From Botryllus schlosseri (lineage: Eukaryota), in the NCBI GenBank assembly GCA_051294905.1, contig CM119372.1:29762001-29826000 (forward strand): 64,000 nt of DNA, read 5' to 3'. This document shows, in pieces, positions 26,101 to 38,100 of the stretch (position 1 is its first letter; the number at the start of each line of letters is the position of its first letter). A model generated the notes under the pieces. That model was not told where the DNA came from. It saw nothing but the letters and a program-made list of their open reading frames with translations, and did no database searches. The translations under genes and the position numbers were made by a program.

Positions 26101-29100
26101 GTTGCCTTTATGGCTCGATTGACTTCTCTCAGGTCAATTGTCATACGAAGACCCCCATCATCTTTGGGTGTGAGTACTGGATTTGACACCCATGGTGCGG
26201 GTCCAACATGGTCTTCGATGATTCCTTCGTTCTCCAACTCGGATATCAGCTTCTGGAAGTTATGCTGGAGATGGAAAGGGATCGGCCGCGATGCTTGGGC
26301 TACCGGTGGCACCTCGTCATCAACGTAAAATTTGACTTCGTGATTTTTCAAAGTGCCCACTCCCTGGAATATGGCCGGATACTTTGCCATGACCTCAGCC
26401 TTGTATTTATCAACAGCAGCAACCCGTCGTATTTTACTCGATAGTGATTCATCGCGTGCCCCATTAAATATAATGATGCCCAGTTTCTCACTCAGCTTCC
26501 CACTAAGCAGGGTCTCTACTCTGCCGGGCACGATGTAGAATCGTGTAGAATGAGATACATTATTGAAAGTCACGAATCCCTCGTAACAACCAACACACTT
26601 GATGATTTTCGAGCCATATGGCTTGAGCGAAGTGTTTGTGGGCCGATAGCGAAGTTTTAGCTTCTTTGCCTTTTTCGCTGATATAACATTCATTTCAGCT
26701 CCGGTATCCGCAAAAGCTTTGATTCTTTTGCCAGCTATCACGATTTTCACTTGGTACCTGGGTTTGGATACTTTGCGGACTTTCCGATGCTTCCGTCCTT
26801 CTGGTCGATTGATTTTTCTCACTCTTTTCCACCTGTCGACAGTCTTTGACTTTCGTGATTTACCACTATCACTGCTCGCTGTAGACTGTTCAGAATGTGT
26901 TGACTCCGAATCTGATTCAATTCGATTCGTCTTTGCTTGCGGTATGTTCCGACACGCAGAAGATCCCTTAAAATGGCCTTTTTCGCCACATATGAAGCAG
27001 GAATGCTTTCTCGCTATGCAGGTTTTACTACCTTCGCACGTCTTGGATGAGCAGGTTTCGCACTGATCCCGCCATGATTTCTTCTTCTGATGCCGACTGG
27101 AGTATTTCTTAGGTCGGACGCGTGCAACGTCGGATGTGCACTCTGTTTCTGATTGATCATTGAGTCGTTTGAGTGAGTAGGAGGCTGCTTCAATGCGTCT
27201 CCCATTCTCAATAAGTTCCTTGAGGTTCCATTGATTTTTCAAGGCATTTGCACGAATTTCGTCCATGGACGTTCCTACGATGATTTGGTCTCGTACCATG
27301 ATGTCACTGACCTTGCAGTCCTGATTCCCGCATTTGAATTGGCAGGATTTTGCCTCGTGGCGGAGGCGATGGACAAACCGATCGAAGCTTTCACCGTGTT
27401 CTTGGCTGATACGGTGGAACTGGTAGTTAGCCAGCGTGTAATTACGAGTCGGTTCATACCTGGTTTTCATTCTGTCCACCAGTTCTTTAAAGGTCAGCTT
27501 CGCGCGATCATTTTCAGCAACTGTATCTTCGAAGTCACGCTGAAAATTTCTGTGGCAATAGCGGCCCAGGAAGATTCTGCTCTTATGCAGTTGCAGCCAC
27601 ATTTCCTTGTCAGCCTCTGATGCTGGCGGCTCCTTCGCTATTGCGTCAAATTCGTAATGAAATGTTCTCACGAATTCGCAAAATGCTTCATAAACGTTAC
27701 TGCGATGCTGCTCAGGATCGAATCGCGGAAGCGATGCTGAAGGATCGTGATCCGCCATGATGGCTGCAAGGTTTGTCGTCGTCGGGGTTTCTACGCTTGT
27801 CGTGGAATCGTTTCCGTCCTCGTCGCCATTAATAAATCCCGTGGAATAACGCACACGTTACCTCCGTTCAATAATTTATTAAGTTAGAACTAATAAACCC
27901 CAACGTCAACTGCGATTAAAACAGATACAAGATCTATGTTAACGCGCGCCGACGACCGTGCTGCTGAGTCCCTCTTCATCATGTGTTATGGCTGGTTGAT
28001 CAGCGCGCGGGCGCGGCGATTGCCGGGAACGAAATGAACAAACGAAATGAGTCATATCACCACCCCCAAGTGATTTTCCTGTGCGACGGCTCAATTTGAC
28101 GTTATAGATTGGTAGGCCTATCCATTATCATATCCTTGAGGATTTTACCACGTTCTCGGTGCTGGAAACCCCGAATCCAGCTGCTGGCCTATTTATGATT
28201 TTGATGGAAGGATTTGCGGGAATTTCCGGAAACCTGAATAGCTCTTGACACAAAACTTTCATATCGCATGTTTTTTATTAAAACATAGTGACGGTAGGCG
28301 TAATTGAAGCTTATAAGCTTACAAATTTTTTTGTGAGGAGACTTGGAAATTGTATGAAACACAGATTATTATCAACACATGTGATCTACTATTACTATTA
28401 CACCAGTTCCATATCTGGTACTTTTGCTGTGATATCGATGTTTTCAGTGATCGCCATAAATACTTGCGTGTTACATAGGCCTACTGTTACGTCCTTGAAT
28501 TGAAATGAAGGTTTCATATGGCAGCAAATTAAATTGGTTTATTTTATTTATACGAGGCCTGGGCAATAAATAAATGTTTCAGATTAAAAAAGAATGCTAG
28601 GCCTATAACATATTGTTCTTAACACGTAATACGTATCACTTCTAGAGCAATATTTGTTTGATTTACGTGAAATGACATGTCTTATACACAGAAACCAGGA
28701 ATCATGTTTCATAAATGTTGTATTCGGTATCTAGAGCCATCACGTCGCTATATTTTATTTCAAGTATTTGCAATACTGCTTCACAATGACATGTCTCTTT
28801 TTAGGGATGGGTGGCGGTCAGGGCACGGCAGTTGAGATCAGTCTTCCAATATGTATTTTTGGACGCTCCTTGAATCTTGATGCAGTTATGCTAGTTTGAC
28901 CTTTGCAGCACCCCTGATGTAACCGACCAATCGTTCCGAATCCATTTACCTTTCTGGGAAAACGATTTTTAGTCACCGCATTTAGCCTATCAATGGCTTT
29001 CTCCCACTTCAGTATACTGCAAAAGAACATCTCAATTTGAGCCATCCATTTGTGAAGTGCTGTATTTTAAACTTTTTCATTTTGTTCACAGATTTATTAT

Positions 29101-32100
29101 TTGGCGTTCCATCCAGGGAAACTGGACTTCGAATGTCGATGGACCCCAAACGGCAGACCGTCATAACATATGCAGTTACGTTAATACTCAAGGATTATGA
29201 TCACAGGTAAGTTGCTCTTTAACCTTATTCAAATGTTTGTCTTCTATTAGGAATTGTGAAAGAATTTTATAATTAAGAGCATGGCTAATCCTGTAATTAC
29301 TTCTGTCTTGAGCACAGTTTTTCACTCTATATTGTTCCAAAGACCTAAACTGGATATTCAGTTTCAAACTTTGTATTTAAATACCGTAAACCGGGGTAAC
29401 TTTGGACAATTTTCAACAATTCCGCTTTGTATCTTGGAAATGCTAGGGTGTAGGGGAGGCAAGTTTTGTGTTTTTCATGGGTCGTGGAGCAAATATTAGA
29501 ATTGCCTAATCCAAAATCTTCATGGTCATAAATAAGTACCTTATTTTCGTAAATTATCCGTGTCCAAAGTTACCCCTGCATGTGGGGCAACTTTGGACAA
29601 TGTAGTTTTTTGTATGCCTTCACACTCTATTGTTTATGAAACCTCGTAAATGAGGCTTATTTGGTAAGAGTTGATGAGAGCAGTGGCTAAAACTGAAACA
29701 AAATAGTATATGTCTAACCTATTGCATGATTTTTACCTAATCCCCCCCCAAAAAAAAAAATAAATAAATAGGTAGTTTATGAAGATTAATGCCACCTTAT
29801 TCATCCTTTATCTCAATTTTCCCTCATGCCTTCACCAATTGGGACTTATAAATAACATATGGTGATAAGGGGTATCCCACTGGCAGTGTCAGCAATCGAC
29901 AGCAAACATTAAGAATGTTACCGCGATTTATTGCCGATTTCAAATATATTACTGTTCTTTAAAAGATACACTTTCCCTTTTTATGTCCTCTGATGGATAT
30001 ATTTGTCATAATTTACGATATCCCATATTCAGCAGGCACATATAGGAGTATGTGATAGGTTTTTGAAGTAGCTTACACCCGATTACAATCTCTCAGCTCA
30101 TTGCGTACCCATTTTTTCATATTTTGGCAAACTCTTAATCTATTAACCTTCTCATTCCATTTTAAAAAGCCATCAGGCCGGTCATAAGGAATATAGTTGA
30201 CGATACACTTTGACACAGATGAAGCAGCCACTTTCCAGAGCTCTAAATATCACATTTTCCACTGTCTAAAGTTACCCCGTTCTGATAAAATTTGACGGGG
30301 CAACTTTGGACATCACATTTTCTTCTATTGATTCAAGGGTGGGCCTACTGAGATTTTTGCCATGGATTAAGACTACTTAGAGGTATCTGCTGCCAAGTTT
30401 TTAATCTCTGAATCACATGCTATCTATGTTTGGTTGTAAGAAGTTTAATGGCCATCAATTTTGATGAAATTGACCCCCGCCATTAATTTATCAATGATGG
30501 GTCAAGTTTAACTGGTAATGAAATGAATCCATCTTTTATTGAGACTACTTGTGGTACTGTTGCCTCATGAAAAAGAATTGAACATACAGCGGCAACCCTT
30601 TTCCATCAATAACCATTTGAATCTTTTACTGCTTAGTGTCCAAAATTACCCTTAAGTCCAAAGTTACCCCGGTTTACGGTAGTCAAGTTTTGGTAATATC
30701 TTGACTCATGGATATACTGCCATTGTGCATGTGCTATATGCAAGGATGTATTGGTATCGTGCGCTACAACCCAACAACTGCAGGGTCGTATCGAATAAAT
30801 TTCTATCCTGAACTGAGGCCTAATTCCTTATCAAGTACTCGGACAAATAATGCATTAGCAGTCCAACACTATCAGGCTTTCACCCCAAACTCTTCTCATT
30901 CCTTTGTCCTGCATGTCTATTATTTACCACATTCGTTGATATCCACAGCAAGCCAATCCTTATTGCATGGAAAAGGTATTGGGCTACAGCTATTCAGCTT
31001 TCTTATTCAAATAGAGTAGGCCCTAGTGAATTTCATCCGAATCATTTGATCATTAAAAGTGATGCTAAGACTACTCACCAGCTACCACTTTTTTCTGTTG
31101 TGATTAAGAATCTTCTTCTTGGTAAGATCTGCCTGTCTGGGATTAAAAAATAGTTAGGGAAGTATAGCGTGACGGAGAGCCACACACTTGATTTGCAAAT
31201 GGATTTGTGTTACTGTGGTCTGCATAGAGCAGAGGTCTCAAACACGCGGGCCGCGGGCCGCATGCGGCCCGCGAGAGCATTTTGTGCGGCCCGCGACGAC
31301 ATTTTGAGAATTCATGCATTCAACAATATATTCAAGTGCGACATATCTTTTATCGATATAATAACTTACATTTCACCCTAAAACTACTATGAATATTACT
31401 GCGACATCTAAACAAACTTCACTATCACATCACTTTTGAAAGCTACCATGTGGTAGAAGATCAGATATTACGTCACATTTCTAGTTCATGACGATAAAAC
31501 ATGGTCCGTTGATGATTCGTGACTAAAAATCGTGATTTGGTTTGGTGCGACCTTCTCGTAAAGTTACTCGATTTCGGATCGACTGGGTAATTAAATAAAA
31601 TTGACTCGAGTTGAGTCTGGTCAAACGTTAAATTCAGAGAAGGACTTGCTACTCGGAATGGTGACTTGTTAATCCTACGGACGCAACAATCTATGAAACT
31701 GTCATGACAATAGTAATATTTCAAAAGGCCGCAGCTTGCGTTGCGTAGGGTATAATTGCTAGCTAAGCAGGTCAGTATGGCAACCATTGGCATTCTATGA
31801 CCCCCGTGACGTATAGTTGGTTACATGCTGGGTGTTGTTTGTTCTCTTTATCGATGTTACTATCGGCGGCGAGTAGGGTAGTGGTACGCTCTACAGTTGT
31901 AACAAGCACCGTAACTGCCGCACCCCAAACCCATCAATTGAGGGGGGCGAGCTCGATGGGGGGCCCAAAATTATTTCGTGAATTAGCATAAATCATAGAG
32001 TATTTTTTTAAAATTTATGCGATTTTTTCAAAATTTTTTCGCGCTGCGCGCGAATTCACGTAGCCATTTATCTTTCTTATTGGGTATTGGGCTATTACCG

Positions 32101-35100
32101 CGCCACGACCCACCAAGACATACAATCAAGTTTTGGGTTATATAACATGCGACTCCAAGAAGTGTGCCAGAACGATTGGCAGCGAGAAAAGCTTGGCCGA
32201 AAAGGTCTATGCCCTTATGCAGATCAAAGACTTCGCTAAATATACAAAATACATATAGGTTTAATTGTCCATAGGCGCCTAAATGACAGGCGCCGAATGT
32301 TCCTGTCTTTGCAATCTGAACCTCACAAGACAAATACCATCCCGCTGGGAAAAAATTTATGCCAGTGAAGAAATACCAATTTGAAATCGTGTGCTTCTCT
32401 TAGTTTAGAAGCCTACGTTTGGGCGGTTCTATATTTTCTGATATAGCAGACTGGAAGTCACGAAATAACATCATGTAACGAAGTCATATCAACGGTTCCG
32501 CCCGCCCGAAGATGTTTAATCATTATTTACGGGCCCTCCCGTTTTCAAGACACTTCACTCAGCTCTACCGGTAAATCTAATTACGTGAGTAGAGAAGACA
32601 ATAAATGGATAGCATATTATATATGCAGTCGCCGATCTGATTTACCGATTTTACCATAAATTATCGAAAATTTTCGCGCTTGGCGCAGGCTCTCAATACA
32701 GTACGGGTAATTTCGTGACAAACGTGAACAACGTGATGGGGGGTCGTTTTATCACCCTATGGGAGCCCAAGACCCACGTTCTTGGGGGCCTGACGAGGTG
32801 CTGTTTCGTTCCTGCCAACGGGTAAACGCCCGAAGATGTTTAATTATTATTGAGTGGTCCTACCATTTCAAACACACCTCACTCAGCTCTACCGGCAAAT
32901 CTGATTACGTGAGTAGAGAGGACAATATATTGATAGCATATTATATATGCAGTCGCCGATCTGATTGACCGATTTTATCATAAATTATCGAAAATTTTCG
33001 CGCTTTGCGCTGGCTCACAATACAGTACGGGTAATTTCGTGACAAACGCGAACAACGTGATGGGGGGGGGGGGGGGGGGGCGTTTTATCACCCTATGGGA
33101 GCCCAAGACCCACGTTTTTGGGGGCCTGACGAGGTGCTGTTTTGTTCCTGCCAACGGGTATACGCCCGAAGATGTTTAATTATTATTGAGTGGTCCTACC
33201 TTTTCAAACACACCTCACTCAGCTCTACCGGCAAATCTGATTACGTGAGCAGAGAGAAGATAAAAATTGATAACAATGTATGCAATTCCCGATCATACTG
33301 ACCGATGAAATCATGAATACTAGAAATTTTGCGCGCTTAGCGCGCTTAGGCGACTAAAGCTGATTCACTAAAGAAACTACCAATGAAAATGATGAATAGT
33401 GGTAAACAGTGTATCGCCGGAGGGGGTTCTGGGGGGCGAAGCCCCCCAGACGTTCGGTCTATAACACTATGGGGGGCCCAAGACCAAAGTTTTGGGGGGG
33501 GCTGACGAAGTGCTGTTACGGCCCTGGCTGTAACACCAATGAATTATTCGTCAATTGGACATTTCTATTCCAGGGGTTCTTAAACAGGGTCGGTAGACCC
33601 CATCGGGGTACGAAGCACCACATCAGGGTGTGCGAGATGAAATGTGGAATTAGGCTATGCGTGATTTTATGTGAATGGGCTTCCTCATTTTAATAAAGGT
33701 ACCATCAGAAATTGTGTTGAAAATGGACAGGGGCTACGAGAAATCTCATTGGAAGCACAAGGGGTACGATCGCTAAAACGATCAAGAAGCAATGCTATTA
33801 CTATGGCTCAATAATGATTATATTCAAGTTGTTGGTTACATGTTCCAATAATAATCGAAGGCGAAATCTAACGCTGATTTAATTTGACGTTGGCAATGAA
33901 AATAGCAATAACCTATACTTATCACGACTTTGTCAAAACCAGGATTAGGTTCACCGCTCAAATGCTCTGATATCAGATCAATCTTTAGTAGATTTTAAAA
34001 TATCTACATAAAATTGTGGCACGTCAAAGGTCCACTATAGTTACAATATTATATATAACCCGACAGTTTTACGATGTCATGATTCAAACTCTCGTATGAG
34101 GTCTATAACTCATTAATTAAAAAATATAATGCCCGGCCCCAAAACAATTTTATTCAAATATTTGAAACTGTGATTTTTTCCGTGTCAAGCGATAACAATG
34201 CAATCGTAAATTACATTTCCACGATGTTTGTGGAATGCCTGTCTGCAAGGTCCCGTCAAACAAGACCTACTTGGAAATTATACATTGAATATCCCTATAA
34301 TTGATGCTGCGGCCCGCGGCGTCATCAAAAACTAGAAAATGGCCCGCGAGCACATTTGAGTTTGAGACCTCTGGCATAGAGCAATATAATTTACCTCTGT
34401 CACATTCAAATGACTCCCTATACTGTGAGAAAGGCAAAAGAAGTTGATGAAATTTGTATTTGACTGTCATTAATTAACTCAATGTCAATTAGCCATGATA
34501 TGTGAGCAGCGGCGTGTGATGTGGGGATCAATTTTTGGGCAGCAGCAAACCATGACATATTGTTGTATTTTATAATATCTGTGAAGACCTTGGCCACCCC
34601 TAATGCGGATCATCAATAGTCAATTTTCTCTATGGGAGGCCTTGTGTTGGCTGTGCTATCATTGATGTAAGCCATTGTTAGTATTAATAGCTCCTTCCAA
34701 TTATATATGCCAGATAGGATTCCTTATAGTTATTTTCAACGGTGGAGGTAGCTTGGTTGCTCCTACTATCAACTCACTTCCAGCTTTGAGAATATCAGAT
34801 GTCATCATGTAATAAGTGGAACGTTCTAAGAATAGAATCCTCCATTGACTACAATCAACATAATCCAGGATAGTGTTGTTTATAGTATGTGTCCCTAGGG
34901 ATTTATGCCACTGCTTTGATGTTATGAAAATGTGTTCAAATGAACTGGAGTTGGTAAATACAAATATTTGGAAAGCTGATCCTAGTAGTATCACTAGACT
35001 TTTGGAGGTACAGAACTTCAATATACAACTGAATAATGTATTCATAATGAAATAAACTGGAATGTTTTCTAAAAAGAACATTGTATATACAATCTTATCA

Positions 35101-38100
35101 CCAAATATGAAGTCACCTGCATCAAATTATTCCTTGAAATTATTCGAAATTGCATTCAGGTGATGTCATATTTGGTGATAGGATGGTTGATGCAATGTTC
35201 TTTCCAATTCTCCACTAGTTGCTGAAGATTAGCCTACCCCCTGATGAGTGTCAGCTTAAAATAGTCGGGTTTATTTCAATACGAATATCTCATTCATTTC
35301 TGATTGATGTATAAATCTAATACATTGAATTAATTTTGTATGGTACTTCAAATTCAATGGCTTAGATTGAATCAAGAAGCAGGGGAAAACTAAAAATAAT
35401 TATTGAACCAAATCCTAATCCAGTATAGTTCGAACTTATCGTTATTCCAAATTCAGCCTGAATCTGCAATTCCAAATCCATCCTCATTCTTTATAGACAT
35501 GTCATTCCTCACTTGATAAACTTCAGGGGAATAAAGGTCTACCTTTGGTACAAATTGTGATTGTGTGCACTCTGCCACCAATATATCATAACACACAATG
35601 GAATGCGTTCTATTCCTGGATTATTGTGGTGCATGTCATGACCTATTGCTTTCTCCGAAGATGTGTGAAGCAAATGAGGAAATTTGACGCCAAAGGGACT
35701 CATTTCACTCGCACAGGCATGAAATTTGAAAACGGAAACTTTATAGTACCATGAATATAGGCTACATATCAGTTTCACCACGATGTCACACCTTGGTATT
35801 TGAAAATTGAAATGTCTAGCTAATTTGTCACCTTTGAATCCCAATTCTACGAGTTAGTGGTATTGGCGCAGGGTGTCATACCTGCAGAGACAACAAATCA
35901 CCCCCCTCAGCCAAATCTAATTTTTGAAACTACTTACTAGAGGAATTTGCAGACCTCAATTTACTACTTCCGCACGAAGTAATTTTACTTTTCACTTAGA
36001 TGCGAGTCGCACTGAATACCACCATCTCTAAAAACGCATCCGTTTATTAATTCCCACTTTTTTCGCAGGTTAATCTCGTCTTTGAGAAAAAAATTATCGG
36101 CGCTGTACCCTGCGCATTTTGTAAGCCCGTGCAAAGACGGCTCGAATTGCGAAAACTCGTCTGATAGCGGCGGGGTCGTTTTCGGAGACCCCGTCATCAC
36201 GCACATTCACTTCAAGCAACAGATCGGATGGTACGACCTGATACCACTGTTGTCTACTTATTTCATTATGGGATGTTACATCTACTTCTCTGTTCGTGAG
36301 TATCTCTGTTGTGATTGTGTTTTGGTTGGTTGAGTGTAACTAGAGCAAGCAAAATGTTTTAATAGGCCATGACTTCCTTAGGGGGTTTAAGAGGTTCATG
36401 TAAGGCCAATGAAAATGTTAAGTGTTTCTGTTTCAAGGTCAATAATATTATGTCGCACCGAAAATATTATGCTACCTAATAAAACGGAAACGAATGCTAA
36501 TGATTTCTAGTTTGCCATCAATAAGTGATGAGTTAGGCCAAGGGTCGGCAACCTACGGCCCGCGGGCCGGATCCGGCCCGCCAAGCGAAATCGTCCGGCC
36601 CGCGACGTAATAATTAGTTATCACAAGAATACGGCCCGCCGCTTCATAATGAGTTTCAATCTGCAGTGCAGCGCTGCATGAAAAAAATGCGGCATTGCTA
36701 CGATATAATAGCAGCCTACATCGTATTAGTCTATTGTTACGCCATAAAACGAAGGTGGTTGAAGCAGGAGATGGATATAGACTAGACTGGATCAGTGCTT
36801 ATCAATCGGATGTATCTCGCAACCGAAGGTGTTCCATGCTTTTTTAAAGGGTTAATCACTCTAACGGGGTGTGACAATAAAGGTGTTCTTCCTTTGCTTC
36901 AGAAACGCTTGGAGCATCTCAGACGCAATGACGGAATCTCAAAATATTCAATTATAGATAACTAGCCTCCGTATGTTAGTCAGCCTGTCTATAGTTTGGT
37001 TTTCCAGAAGGCATTGTGTGCCAAGACAAAAAACCTGAATAGTGTTTTGGCCACAATGGTGAAAACTGTAAATATGATTTTTGTCTCATCAACTGAATCA
37101 GTTACGCCAGATATTACTAGAAGCAGAGAATCAATATGGCGATGTCATGTAGGCCTATATATCTGTCATGTTCGCTCATTGAGTCGAGCAGCTATGCTTA
37201 CACGAGTGTATGAACTGAGAAATGAAATAGCAACTTTCCTCGAAAATACAAATATCGCCGACTCATAATCTTGTAATCGAAAATGGGTAACTCATCTTGC
37301 TTTCCAGATACATTTAACGTCACATCTGAACAAATTGAACTTGCAGCTTCAGAGGAAAACAGCATCATACATGAGATATTGAGGCGCATTCAAAACAAAT
37401 CTGTGACTCTGGATATGTCAACAGTACAAAGAAAATTATGCTCACTTTCCTATACTGGAGGAGAGAAAACCTAGTACCAACACTACATTTGTAACTGTGA
37501 TGCGAAATTTAACTACTGAATATTCACCCGCTTTTCCGACATTCCTTCTCTACAAAATGAATTCTGACTATTCAGTACTCTGTTTAATGTGGACGCCAAT
37601 ACCATTGCCTGAAAATTTCAAATGGGCCTTTCTGAAATGCGATGCAGTTGAATTGAATGACAAATTTCATACAAAGAGCATATCGCTGCATGACTTTGAC
37701 AACGATTACGTTCTTGAAATTGGTCTTTATCCCAGCTTGACTAGCAATGCAAAAGAAATTGCATCGATTTTTGGAAGCGCGTACGCATGCGAACAATAGT
37801 TTTGAACAATGAAATTCACGAAGAGCAAGCTAAGATCACGTATTTCGGACGTCCAGTTTGAATAGGGTCTGATTCTTGTTTCATCTGACTTGTTACCAGA
37901 AGTAGAAAACCTTTCACAAAGCAAGCTGCGTCAATTGTCACAATCATTCTCTGTCATTGAAGTGTAAACACATGTGTCTTCGGATTGGTATGATTGAGAT
38001 TGCAGCAATGTAGGATGATATACCGAAGTGAGCGTAAAATATAGTACTAAGAAAAAATCCGGCCCGCCAAAAGGTTGTACACCCGAAATTTGGCCCGCGA

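Larger units (their letters stand above)
23307..28059 (-). mobile_element. Full-length Ty3/Gypsy LTR retrotransposon (Mag-like), antisense in SCAP intron 4
   Basis: 230-bp direct LTRs (23307-23536 and 27830-28059, 5 mismatches seen); 5-bp TSD CCACC (23302-23306, 28060-28064); PBS and PPT present; domain order gag-PR-RT-RH-IN. Confidence 0.96.
31230..34373. mobile_element. Non-autonomous hAT (Charlie/Buster-type) element with nested insertions
   Basis: TIRs CAGAGGTCTCAAAC / GTTTGAGACCTCTG; perfect TSD GCATAGAG; GGCCCGCG subterminal motifs. Confidence 0.9.

Noticed and set aside
26035..27620. Plus-strand ORFs within the retrotransposon
   Set aside because: Antisense shadows of the gag-pol frame with no independent motifs.
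27759..27854. ORF-track start of the 858-aa ORF
   Set aside because: It begins at a non-ATG codon inside the LTR and crosses the PBS; the ATG at 27758 is more plausible.
32759..33301. Duplicated 68-69 aa ORFs as a gene pair
   Set aside because: They are by-products of the tandem repeat inside a MITE.
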